DNA of 64,000 bases from Heptranchias perlo (Eukaryota): assembly GCF_035084215.1 (NCBI RefSeq), contig NC_090335.1:24118001-24182000 (forward strand), in the 5' to 3' direction. The translations under genes were made by a program, and so were the position numbers. This document shows positions 13,224-25,386 of the stretch, in pieces. Under the pieces are notes generated by a model that worked only from the letters and a program-made list of their open reading frames with translations, made no database searches and was not told where the DNA came from. Each line of letters opens with the position of its first letter. The first letter of the stretch is position 1.

Positions 13224-14455
13224 TTAAAATAAAATTGCTGGACTATAACTTGGTGTTGTAAAATTGTTTATAATATGTAGTTGTTCATCCTCTCCCTATC
13301 CATTGTTTAAAAATCTTTAAAAGCTGTGAGAAGGAGACATAGCTACCCAGTTGGGATGACTGACCCACGGTGAGGTGTGAATCTGTTGTAGAAGGCACTT
13401 CATCCAGGGTGTCCAATGCTGGTGTTGATTGACAGCTCCATGCTCAGAGTCTGCCCGACAGAAAAATAAACACTGGAATATTTTCTCAGTTTTGTTCCCC
13501 TTTCACTATCCTGCCATGGAGACGGCGATAAATGGAGGATTCTGTGGGGGTAATTTTGACTTTGTGCGATAGTGTAAAACGGGCGATACTGATTCAGCCT
13601 GTTAGACATCTTTCTCAATTTTAATTTCCATTGACTTCAACAAGGACACAAGATGTTTAAATTACTGCATAGCCCATTTCATCACACATCAGCAAAAAGT
13701 AAGATCCTCTTCAAAGTACGTTCCTTCAATGTGTTATTCCAGCCCTGATTCAAAAAATAGATTGTCATGTTGGTGATTGTTGTAAAAGAACATTCAACGT
13801 GCTGTATGTAGTATTTATTATTGAACTGACTAGATAACTTTGAATTATCTGATCTTTCAGAGCTCCTTTCAACATGTCAGAAAGAGAAAGAAAAAGAAAA
13901 CAATATTTATTATTTTAAAACAGACTTTCCAGAGTTAATGCACTATCTGCCTGGGAGTCAGTCTCATATATAAGAAACTTTATCCCTGTCATTCACAGTC
14001 AAGGGAACTTAATTATCCTTGAAATTTACAACTGAAATAACAGTGGTAAATACACAGTAGGCTTACAGTTGGCATTACTTATTCACTACACTCCCCTGTG
14101 TATGGTGAGAATGCACTTCAATACTTTTGACAGATAAAGTGACTGTGAGAAATGTTTGAGAAGCAGTGACCCCAGCCATCGGTTTTCATCATTAGTCCCT
14201 CTCATCCATCGCAATATAAATCAAGCTGTGCGGAGATTTATTTTAGCATCTGCCAGCAGATAATCTATGGATTGGCTCTGGTTATTCCAGGGCTCACGGA
14301 GCCGATAGAGCACAGCCATATCGTTTACCTGACGGCTGCAGTTTGTATGTCTTCATGGTTTTTTAATCTGTATGTTAGCTCAATCTTAAGAAACTACTGA
14401 ATAATCTTCACTTCTATATAGCTATCCAGATACTGGATCAAACCCAGAAAATCTA

Positions 14456-14830
14456 GGGGTTGATTTTAACCCCGTGCAGGTTTCAGGCAGTCAGGGGAAG
14501 AGGAGAGTGCGAAATGCACTCACTGGCCTAAGTTTCTAGGGTAATATAACTCCTGGGCCTCATTTAAATGTCGCCAGTCCACTTCCCTCCATGAACAGGC
14601 GGGAAGCGGGCACAGAGCGATTGCCGGCAAGGAAATATCAGGCGGCCTTTGGCTTACAGGTAAGTGGCGGGATGGGGGTTTCGGCAGTGTCTTGTTCCTC
14701 CAGGCCCCACAAAGGAAAGTTTTACACTTATCTTGGTGGGCCTCTTTGTCCTTCCCCCCCCTGTTGCCGACCTGCTTCATAGGACCCCGAATACTTTTTA
14801 TGCATGAGGCCTCTGCCTGAGTCTGGCTGT
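14456..14830 (+). mobile_element. Non-autonomous Harbinger-type MITE, 5' part
   Basis: Starts GGGGTTGATTTTAACC and is colinear with 54842-55150. Confidence 0.55.
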
Positions 14831-14950
14831 GGCCTCATCTGACACACTTAAACATCCACTCCCTCCACCACTGATGCACCGTGGCTGTGGTACTACATAG
14901 TTGTAAACAATTTTACAACACCAAGTTATAGTCCAGCAATTTTATTTTAA

Positions 14951-14991
14951 ATTCACAAGCTTTCGGAGGCTACCTCCTTCCTCAGGTGAAC
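14951..14991 (-). ncRNA. Minimal type-I hammerhead ribozyme (family A)
   Basis: Inverted copy of 16159-16199. Confidence 0.85.
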
Positions 14992-16057
14992 GATGTGGAA
15001 ATGAAGTCCTCGAAATGAAGTCGCATTTATAATTCACAGAACAATGCTGGTGATAACAGACAGTTTTTTCAACTGCCCGTTGCCAAGGCAATCAGTGTGC
15101 AGACAGACAGGTGTTACCTGCCAGGTCTCAGAATATACAAATCACCAAAAAAAACAACAAACAAAAAAAAACAGAGATAGAGAGGTAGAAACATAGAAAA
15201 GACAGCAACTGACCCGTTATATTAAAAACAGATAACATTTGTTCGCTGGTGGGGTAACGTGTAGCGTGACATGAACCCAAGATCCCGGTTGAGGCCGTCC
15301 TCATGGGTGCGGAACTTGGCTATCAATTTCTGCTCTACGATTTTGCGTTGTCGTGTGTCTCGAAGGCCGCCTTGGAGTACGCTTACCCGAAGGTCGGTGG
15401 CTGAATGTCCTTGACTGCTGAAGTGTTCCCCGACTGGGAGGGAACCCTCCTGTTTGGCGATTGTTGCGCGGTGTCCGTTCATCCGTTGTCGCAGTGTCTG
15501 CATGGTCTCGCCAATGTACCATGCTCTGGGGCATCCTTTCCTGCAACGTATGAGGTAGACAACGTTGGCCGAGTCACTCGGCCAATGTTGTCTACCTCAT
15601 ACGTTGCAGGAAAGGATGCCCCGGAGCATGGTACATTGGCGAGACCATGCAGACACTGCGACAACGGATGAACGGACACCGCGCAACAATCGCCAAACAG
15701 GAGGGTTCCCTCCCAGTCGGGGAACACTTCAGCAGTCAAGGACATTCAGCCACCGACCTTCGGGTAAGCGTACTCCAAGGCGGCCTTCGAGACACACGAC
15801 AACGCAAAATCGTAGAGCAGAAATTGATAGCCAAGTTCCGCACCCATGAGGACGGCCTCAACCGGGATCTTGGGTTCATGTCACGCTACACGTTACCCCA
15901 CCAGCGAACAAATGTTATCTGTTTTTAATATAACGGGTCAGTTGCTGTCTTTTCTATGTTTCTACCTCTCTATCTCTGTTTTTTTTTGTTTGTTGTTTTT
16001 TTTGGTGATTTGTATATTCTGAGACCTGGCAGGTAACACCTGTCTGTCTGCACACTG

Positions 16058-16152
16058 ATTGCCTTGGCAACGGGCAGTTGAAAAAACTGTCTGTTATCAC
16101 CAGCATTGTTCTGTGAATTATAAATGCGACTTCATTTCGAGGACTTCATTTC
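16058..16152 (+). promoter_or_regulatory. Putative PLE pseudo-LTR promoter with Inr
   Basis: X-box-like 16058-16071; TATAAA 16119-16124; Inr TCATTTC 16146-16152 with A+1 at 16148, 29 nt after the TATA start. Confidence 0.55.
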
Positions 16153-16158
16153 CACATC

Positions 16159-16199
16159 GTTCACCTGAGGAAGGAGGTAGCCTCCGAAAGCTTGTGAAT
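16159..16199 (+). ncRNA. Minimal type-I hammerhead ribozyme (family A)
   Basis: GTTCAC-CTGAGGA-A-GGAGG-TAG-CCTCC-GAAA-GCT-T-GTGAAT. Confidence 0.88.
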
Positions 16200-17024
16200 T
16201 TAAAATAAAATTGCTGGACTATAACTTGGTGTTGTAAAATTGTTTACAATTGTCAACCCCAGTCCATCACCGGCATCTCCACATCAGTACTACATAGTGT
16301 ATACTATCTACAGGATGCACTGCAGCAACTCACCAAGGCTTCTTTGGCAGCACCTCCCAAACCCATGACCTCCACCATCTAGAAGGACAAGGGCAGCAAG
16401 TGCATGGGAACACCATCACTTCCAAGTTCCTCTCCAAGTCACGCAACATCCCACCTTGGACATAAATAACCGTTCCTTCATCATCGCTGGGTCAATATCC
16501 TGGAACTCCTGAACTAACAGCATTGTGGGAGCAGCTTCACCACATGGACTGCAGCTGTTCAAGAAGAAGGCTCACCACCACCTTCTCAAGGGCAACTAGG
16601 ACTGGGCGAGAAATGCTGGCCTCGCCTGCAACGTCCACATCCCAAGAATGAATTTAAAAAAAACACAATTATCAGGAAGTGTTTCTGGTGAGGTCAACAC
16701 TAATGGCTTTGCAATTAAAAAGTATTCACATATCGAGGCCAAATAGTGTCAGTACAGCCATATGTGGCTATCTTGTCTGTAGCCCTGCCTTTTCTCACTA
16801 AACAGTTACTAGCTACACCTACTGAATGTGAATTGTATCTCACACAGGATTTGAATTGTGACAGGACACCAATGCATCACAGTAAGATGGCAATAGGCAG
16901 AATAGAGATTCAAGGGCCATGAATTTTGTGAAAGTACGCGTTAGAACAAGAAGAGGAAATAGACTAATGAGCATGCCCTTGCAGTTGTTCTAGTTTGTGA
17001 ATTTTAAAATGAATGTCAGTTCAT

Positions 17025-17563
17025 AGACTTGAAAAATTGGATCTTTTTTCATTAGAACAACGCAGATTATGAGGCAGTATGATAGAAGTGTTTAAAATTA
17101 GGAATGTAAGGAATCTTACAACACCAGGTTATAGTCCAACAGTTTTATTTGGTGTTGTAAGATTACTTACATTTGTCCACCCCAGTCCATCACCGGCATC
17201 TCCACATTAAAATTAGGAAAGGATGGGACAGGGTAGATAAAAGTAGACTGGTTTCAGTGGTTGAGGGATCAAGAGAAGGGCCCGTAGATACGAGATCAAA
17301 GGTAAGAGATTTAGAACAGAGATTAGGAGAAACATTTATGCAGAGAGTTGTGAGGCTATGGAATTCACTTCCAGGGTTAGTAGTTGAGGTAGAAACTAGG
17401 TCAACATCCGAGATTAGATTAGATAGGCGGATGAAGGAAAAGGGGTTGACGAGATACAGGAATAGGGTGGGTAAACGTGATTGGAACCATTTTATCACTT
17501 GAAGGGTAAACATACACGTGGACTGGTTGGGCCTGTTTCTGTGTTGTAACTTCTATGTATTTC
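17025..17563 (+). mobile_element. Old CR1 3' fragment interrupted by a mini-PLE
   Basis: IEVFKI | RKGWDRVDK..FMQRVVRLWNSLP continues across the insertion. Confidence 0.75.
17105..17206. mobile_element. 102-bp inverted PLE terminus insertion (family-A variant)
   Basis: TSD TTAAAATTAGGAA at 17092-17104 and 17207-17219; inverted TGTAAGGAATCTTACAACACCA / TGGTGTTGTAAGATTACTTACA plus tail CCCCAGTCCATCACCGGCATCTCCACA. Confidence 0.88.
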
Positions 17564-17908
17564 CTATCTTCTTTCCTCTAAATCTTCTTTCAGCACCACT
17601 CATTGTCACAGCACAAGTATGCCCACTTTTAGATGCTCCCAAGCTTGAATGTCTCCTCATCTCATGAAACACTTTTCCCTCTTATCAGCCATTACTTCTG
17701 ACATGGGCTTCTTCAATGTCACTTCCTAGTATGTTATAACCTGTTTCTGTGGTGCAACTTCTATGTATTTCTATGTATAATGCCTACAGTGCTGATACAG
17801 CAGTAATAGGTGCAAGAACTGAAAGGGGACATGATTATAAGTTTAAAAATATTCTAAACTAAACATATCTTAAGGAGTTAAATACATCATACATTATGTT
17901 CTTATTCA

Positions 17909-18270
17909 GGTGGATGCGGTAAGGATGTTCCCAAGGATGGGTGAAACTAGAACGAGGGGGCATAATCTTAGAATAAGGGGCTGCTCTTTCAAAACTGAGA
18001 TGAGGAGAAACTTCTTCACTCAGAGGGTAGTAGGTCTGTGGAATTTGCTGCCCCAGGAAGCTGTGGAAGCTACATCATTAAATAAATTTAAAACAGAAAT
18101 AGACAGTTTCCTAGAAGTAAAGGGAATTAGGGGTTACGGGGAGTGGGCAGGAAATTGGACATGAATTTAGATTTGAGGTTAGGATCAGATCAGCCATGAT
18201 CTTATTGAATGGCGGAGCAGGCTCGAAGGGCCGATTGGCCTACTCCTGCTCCTATTTCTTATGTTCTTAT
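17909..18270 (+). mobile_element. CR1 LINE 3' fragment
   Basis: MFPRMGETRTRGHNLRI..RRNFFTQRVVGLWN and 3' UTR. Confidence 0.9.
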
Positions 18271-18789
18271 ACTAAAAATTGTTAAGTTTGGAAATAGACT
18301 GCTCTCTGGCATGATCAAAGTGGAGTCAGGTGAAGCATTCAAATATGGAAATGGTCTGATTGCTAACAGTACAGGGACTGGAGGGATACAGGCTTGAATT
18401 GAAAATAGAACAGGATGAATCTGATTTTAGTGGATCCTGTACATGGACTTAGAGAACAGAGATGCTCAAATGGTTAACAGCTCTTTTTTTGTCCCTACTT
18501 TCTTATGTTTTCAAAGAATGAAAAGCATACTTTGATGTTCTGAATAACATGTCACGCATATATATTTAAAGTATCTTGAATGGGTTGATATATTCAAAGA
18601 TTATGAAGGGCCCTGGACATTTTCTTGTTTTACAAACAGTTGTCAATTATTGTACTTGAATTAAGAGCAGCTGTTGATTTGACCCAAGCCTTTGGCCTCC
18701 CTTCACTTAATTGTCCTCCTATATCCGTGTCGTAAAGTTGCTCTGAGACATATGCTTTGCATGAGGCGTGCAATACATATGTAAGTTGG

Positions 18790-19250
18790 TACAATTATTT
18801 ATCTCTATTAACAATAGCTATTAATTATTTCATTTGCATTCAGAGATGTTAGTTATTAAACTAAGTGCAGTTATTAATTATTACAATTACATTATGAATA
18901 GTTAATAGCTTTTCTTGCATTAAGAAAAGATAATAATTATGGTATTTGGATGAACTATAATTGCATATTATAGTTTTTGTGTTGGTTATTTAGTTATTAA
19001 TTATGTTATATCTGTTAGGACCAATTATTAATTAATTTATTTGTACATGAGCAGTTATTAACTTATATATGAACAATTCATTATTTTGTTATGAGCAATT
19101 CTTAAGATCAGTTATTAACTATTGTGTTTATATAAGTAACAATTATAGTATTTTGTATTAAAAACACTTAATATTTGTACTTGTCTTAGGAGCAGTTTTA
19201 ATAATTTTGCTTGTGTTAAGAATTGTCATTAATTTTTACACTTGTATTTT
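18790..19250. repeat. Degenerate AT-rich tandem array
   Basis: Recurring (GC)AGTTATTAA(TT) core at ~18851, 18867, 18992, 19051, 19109 and 19191. Confidence 0.5.
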
Positions 19251-21949
19251 TCCGCATAATTGAATTTAGCAAACAGTATATTTGATACATTTTAAATATA
19301 AGTGACCTTGATTTGCCTAATTTGTCAGTCACATTGGTCCTTCATTTATGAGTGGAACGTAAGAATGAATCGCGGGAACGTGATCAAAAATGAAGATGTA
19401 TTTAAAAGATTAGCTCTTTGACAGGCAGGATTTATTTTGTGTTTGAACTCTGTATATTGCAAGTGAAGCAAGATATCCTTTTTCATATGATACATTGCCG
19501 ACTGAATCCATTGTAGTGGGATCTTGTGTATATTCTCTTTTCACAACTTTTAATAACTTGATAGTTTGAGAAGTAACACAGCCATAAGGACCACAGCTGC
19601 TGTACATCCATTATAGCTTTTTCTTCTATTTCCCAACAGTGACATTGAAGGTTGGGATGAGATTTGACTCTCTACAGACAAATATTAAAACCTGCAAAAT
19701 CCAGAAGCGAGGACATATGATTCCTCTTTAGTTCCTCTTGTGGCTTGATTGACTCACAATATGGGTTTAAAATTTACACTGTGTGTTATTCTAACCATGT
19801 AGAAGCATGCAACCTGTTATCAATAATCATCCTGCTTCATCCATGACCATTCCCTACCCCCAGGTCGCACATTTAAGACAGCTGACTGTCAACCTGCTCA
19901 CAGGCTGTACCATTGCTGCTCTTGGTCTTCAACTGCTGTGAAGTACATGGATTGAAATTGCACTGTGCAATGTTAGTAACAAGCATGTTAACGGCGGGTT
20001 TGAAATTCTTCTGTCTGGTAGTCTAATGAAAGGGTTAACCGGTTCTGAAATATTCAAATACTTCTGTTTACTTTGAGTTTTTTCACTTTGTAATTTTAAC
20101 CCATAAAACAAATGTGGCTGTAAGAGAGATCAGAGCTTCAATGAAAAAGTCAGTAGTAATTCATCAATATTCAAGGTACGTAATTAAAAGGAACTAGAAT
20201 CATACTCCATAGACAAATGCTTTAAACAGTGAAGCAGACTGTATTTTACATGTTCTCAACAGCTTCATCAAGTAAAATAATTTTTAAAAACACAGTTATA
20301 GAGATTGATGTGGTGAGATTGGAGGGTTTTAAACATGCGGCATTAATCAGTGGCAGGCATTGAATATAACTTCTTGTCTGTACATACTCCAAAGAAAATT
20401 GTACAGTATCACAGTGAGAGACTGGAAAAGGAAATGAACAAATATTTGAGGGGAAGGAACCAAAGCAACCAATAAAAGTACAAATAAATAAAATTCAAGT
20501 CATCTTTTATCAAGAGCCTTTTCCTTAACAGGATACAAAACTTAATTCTTTTAAAATAAATAAATTATAGCACCATAATTTCTGTCTTTCTTTTCAAATT
20601 CTCTTTTCAGTAGGATTGATACCTTTTTCTAGTTGGGTCAGAGGGAGAGACCATGATCTTAGTTCTGATATTTGATTTGCTGCATTAGAAAATGTATTGA
20701 AAACCTTAATAATCTTAAGAATTAATGCTTCTACATCACAAGACATGGAATATAAAGGAAGAAATTAAATTATTTTAAAATTTGAACTTTTGGTGTCAGG
20801 ACTTTATTTTCAAAACTTTCAGACAATCCGCTCAAAAGGCGGACTATTGTGTTCAAAGCTGGACAGAGGCACCCCTACTATCCAGATGTTCATGTCTGGA
20901 ATGTTCACTATCAACTTACAAGACAATTAATCGCTGTATGACCTTCTCCTCAGTTTCTATCCTCAAGTCATTCCCTAGATCTGTCAACAAGGGGCTAGAC
21001 TGACGGGCCTTGATTCGATTTATTTTCTGTATGTTGAAACAGGGTGTATGTTTTGTGGAGTACTGCTCCCTGTATAAGGTACTTTGCAGTTGGAAGGCTC
21101 TAAAATAAAGGCCTGATACTCGAGGTCCAATATTCCGACTATATGCTTGTGGCAGGGAGTCTTGTCTGCTGGGTGCGTTTTTTTAGAAATTCAGGCAGGG
21201 TCCTGAGTTAATGATTGGATAATTGTGTGCAGCATACACCCAAATTTCCGACATGCACTCTTGGTAGGCGAGACTCCCTGCCAGAAGCACAAAGTCACAA
21301 AATTTCCCCTTATTAGTTCAGTTGTTAAAATAGAAATTAATTTTTTTCCCATTGACTTCTGTCTGTATGATGTAGAGCCATTAATTCTTAAGGTTATTAA
21401 GATTTTCAATCAATTTTTATCATTGGCAGATCATGATCGCACTCCCACCTTGTCTGGTGTTGGATTTAGGGAAAAGTAGCCCCAATGCCACCCTAACTAG
21501 AACAACTTACTTAATAGAGACTGGAGATGAATCTTGGGTCTCCTGGTCTGTATGTTGGGTCTCCTGGTCTGTATGGTGAATTGCCACGCCAGACAGTGTA
21601 TTTACCAACTCAGCCATTGAGAGAGTCCCAAGTGTGGCATATCCAGTTACAAATCATAAAATGAACGGGGGTTAAATTGGATATCCCCCAAAAATGGGCG
21701 TGGGGATCATGGTACGTGATTAACCCACGTCAGTTCATTGCACTGCAGGCAGCACGTTAAATTCATGCTGCCTGCTGTTTTACATGATTGCTGTGTGCAG
21801 CCAGAGCTACCTGCGCTGTTCATTGGCTGCACGATATCACGGGTGGCTAGCACTGCTTAAAGGCAGCTTGTACCTCTTAAAGGGGAGGTGCACTGTGGCT
21901 GATGGAATTGGTGTCAGGAAGTGGATTGCTTTGGAAGACATTTTGTGAA

Positions 21950-24900
21950 AATGTCTCAACCTGCACGAGAGCGTGGACCATGAATTTCTGATAATGCACT
22001 GGAGGCCTTGATGCAAAAGGTGGAGAGAAGGAGGGACATCCCGTATCCATAGAGGGGGCAGGAGGCCATCCAGACATATGCTCAAGAGGCAGTAGGAGGA
22101 AGTAGCAGATGAAGTCAATGATAGGAGCATAGCGCCAAGAACATTGATGCAGTGCAAGAAGTTCAATGATCTGACACGAGTTGTCAAGGTGAGTGAGTTC
22201 AATCTTCAAATGACATGTCCTATCAACTGCACGACTAGCCTCATCCACTACTCAATTCACTACACCCCCATTACCCACCTACTAACAATCTCTATCAATC
22301 AATACTGAACCCTTCAATTCGTAAGATTTACCTCACCCTCACACACTTAGCACTGTTGCAAGTTTCACACCCACAACTCACAGCTCATACACATTGGCAA
22401 CCATTCAACCATGACAGTCACATCACCCAAACATCTTGCAGGACACTCATTGACACACTTCCCTCTTTCTTGCAGGAGAAGGTGGCGCATAACAGGAGGC
22501 AGCAGGAAAGAACTGGAGGAGGACAAGCGTGCCAAAATGTCCTCACCCCCATGGAGGAGACAGTGCTGGCCATCATGGGAAGGGGCATCACTGAGGCTGT
22601 GGCCACTGGCGGCGCTGGAGGGATCAATGATGAGGGTCTCTGCGTACCTAATCCTCCTTCTCTCTTCCCACTTCTCCCTCATCTCACAATCTTTTCTGAC
22701 TCACAGATGGTGTAAGCACGCACTTTTCTCCTCTCCCTCATCAGAACCCAACCCGTGTTCCTTTGTCATTTCAGATACACAAGAACTGGAACCTGACCCG
22801 TCTGAGGAGGCGGAGGAAGAAGACAGTGATGATGAAGAGACATCGTCACTCAATCTTACACTCGCAGCCACCAGCTCAGAGACTGACACAGCACGCACTT
22901 TAGAGGCTAGAATAGAGGAAGGATCTGCATGTGGTGAGTCACTAGGCACAAATGAGCAGGAGCCAGGTTGGGGAAGAAAGGATACCGCAGGTGCCAGCTC
23001 ACCGGAGGGTGAGGTCGCACACTAGTTCTGCTGCAGAGGATTCAGATGAAGACTTCGATGGGACAGGCTACAGAAGAAGGCTGATGGGCGTTCACAATCA
23101 AATGCTTGGTGTACTGGAAAGCCTGCGTACAATGTCAAGGAGCATGGAGGAGTCCACCTCCAATTTGGCACAGGGCTTTGCACTGAGCTTGGAGCCCATC
23201 CTTGCCCACATGGAACAGGTGGTCACCTCCATCAACACACCTGTGGAACCCACCATGATGCAGCGTCTGATGACTGATGTTGCAGCTCCATCAAATCTCA
23301 GACAGCTGCCTTGGAAGCTCAGACTGCTGCCATCATGGCTCTGGACACCACTGTTGAAAGGGACTTCCAGAGTGTCATAGCATTCCAGCAATCTGTTCTC
23401 CAGATGAAATATATCCCAGGCTGTTAAAGAGAAGCAAGGGAGGAAATAGCAGAGGCTCTGACCATCATTTTTCAATCCTCCCTGGCTACAGGCGTGATGC
23501 CGGAGGACTTGAGGGCTAATAACATTGTACCATTGTTTAAAAGGGGAGAAAGGGATAGACTGAGTAATTATAGGCCAGTCAGCCTAACCTCGGTGGTGGG
23601 CAAATTATTGGAAACAATTCTGAGGGCTAGTATTAATCGTCATTTAGAATGGCACGGATTAATCAAGGACAGTCAGCATGGATTTGTTAAGGGAAGGTCG
23701 TGTCTGACTAACTTGACTGAATTTTTTGAAGCGGTAACAAGGAGGGTCGATGAGGATAGGATGTTTGATGTAGTCCACATGGATTTTAGCACGGCTTTTG
23801 AAAAGGTCCACATGGCAGACTAGTCAAAAAAAGTAAAAGTCCACTGGATCCAAGGGAAAGTGGCTAGTTGGATCCAAAATTGGCTCAGTGGCAGGAAGGA
23901 AATGGTAATGGTCGACGGGTGTTTTTGTGACTGGAAGGCTGTTTCCAGTGAGGTTCCGCAGGGCTCAGTACTAGGTCCCTTGCTTTTTGTGGTATACATT
24001 AATGATTTAGACTTAAATTTAGGGGGCATGATTAAGAAATTTGCAGATGATACAAAAATTGGCCGTGTGGTTGATAGTGAGGAAGAAAGCTGTAGACTGC
24101 AGGAAGATATTAATGGACGGGTCAGGTGGGCAGAAAAGTGGCAAATGGAATTCAATCTGGAGAAGTGAGGGAGAGCAAACAAGGCAAGGGAATACACAGT
24201 AAATGGGAGGATACTGAGAGGTGTAGAGGAACAGAGGGACCTTGGAGTGCCTGTCCCTGAAGATAGCAGGGCAGGTAGAGAAGCTGGTTAAGAAGGCATA
24301 CAGGATACTTTCTGCATAGAATATAAGAGTAGGGCTGGAACTGTATAAAACATTGATTAGGTCACAGCTTGAGTACTGCATACAGTTCTGGTCACCACAA
24401 TGCAGGAAAGATGTGATTGCACTAGAGAGGGTACAGAGGAGATTTATGAAGATGTTGCCAGGACTGGTGAATTTTAGCTATGGGGAAAGATTGGATAGGC
24501 TGAGGTTGTTTTCTTTGGAACAAAGGAGGCTGAGGGGAGATTTAATTGAGGTGTACAAAATTATGAGGGGCCTAGATAGAGTGGATAGGAAGGACCTATT
24601 TCGCTTAGCAGAGAGGTCAATAATCAGGGGGCATAGATTTAAAGTAATTGGTAGACGGATTAGAGGGGAGCTGAGGAGAAAGGTTTTCATCCAGAGGGTG
24701 GTGGGGGTCTGGAATTCACTGCCTGAAAGGGTGGTAGAGGCAGAAACCCTCATCGCATTTAAGAAGTTCCTGGATATGCACTTGAAGTGCCGTGACATAC
24801 AAGGCTACGGACCAAGTGCTGGAAAGTGGGATTAGGCATGATAGCTCTTTTTTGGCTGGCACAGACATGATGGGCCGAATGGCTTCCTTCTGTACCGTAA

Positions 24901-25288
24901 ATTTCTATGATTCTATGACCAGGATTGCTGAGGTGCTGCCCAGGAGAGTGGAAGTGGCTCCATGGAAGAGGATTCTGCTGTCCTCTCTCAGGATGACAGC
25001 ATTCCTGCTCCCATCCCTGCCACTCTGCCAATGCCCTTGCTGTTGCCTGTCAGCCGGCCAGCCCAGACTGCTGCATCCCAGGCTGAGATGGTACAGTCTG
25101 AAGCCGGGCCCTCTAGTCCCAGAGCTGCTCGAGGTCATCCTCCAAGGCCATCTGCAGTCTCTTCAATTGAAGGTCAGCAGCCTTCCACCACCCATGCTCC
25201 AGCTACTGGTGAAGCACTTTGTATGAGCACTAGGAAAGGTAAAGACACACAAACGACAGGCTCTAAGAGAATGCACAAGGGTGAGTAG
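21950..25288 (+). pseudogene. Harbinger Myb/SANT-like gene, disrupted (3 exons, CR1 in exon 3)
   Basis: QCKKFNDLTRVVK|GT; AG|EKVAHNRRQQERTGGG; acidic/Ser-rich exon 3 resumes after 24917. Confidence 0.8.
23402..24917 (+). mobile_element. CR1 LINE 3' 1.5 kb (RT), nested
   Basis: NYRPVSLTSVVGK, QHGFVKGRSCLTNL, VPQGSVLGP, KFADDTK; (TTCTATGA)n tail. Confidence 0.95.
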
Positions 25289-25386
25289 TTTCATTTTGTA
25301 TGCATTATTTAATGAGTGAATTGATAAATCTGGATTTGAATTTGCATTTGGTGGTGATTTTTATTTCTGCGGTGAACTGAGGACGA

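Larger units (their letters stand above)
11638..13270 (+). mobile_element. Penelope-like retroelement (family A, Neptune-type), 5'-truncated, with inverted pseudo-LTR
   Basis: TSD TAATATGTAGTT at 11626-11637 and 13271-13282; 198-bp inverted arms 11679-11876 / 13073-13270; RT C-terminus plus GIY-YIG ORF. Confidence 0.95.
14901..16286. mobile_element. PLE family-A head-to-head inverted insertion (1.35-kb palindrome)
   Basis: Arms 14901-15574 and 15576-16249, 1-nt spacer at 15575, GIY-YIG C-terminal fragment on each arm; 37-nt tail 16250-16286; TSD GTACTACATAG at 14890-14900 and 16287-16297. Confidence 0.95.
14845..16662 (+). mobile_element. LINE 3' fragment interrupted by the PLE palindrome
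   Basis: Sequence on both sides of the PLE TSD reads as a continuous LINE 3' end (...CACCACCACCTTCTCAAGGGCAACTAGG...GAATGAATTTAAAAA); tail shared with the SINE at 53450. Confidence 0.7.

Noticed and set aside
14901-16249. Palindrome as an assembly artefact or as a DNA transposon with long TIRs
   Set aside because: It has a TSD, an asymmetric tail, arm mismatches and GIY-YIG PLE sequence, and the same architecture recurs in other copies.
21534-21575. 21-bp tandem duplication TTGGGTCTCCTGGTCTGTATG
   Set aside because: Local slippage inside an old SINE head; only two units, not an array or CRISPR.
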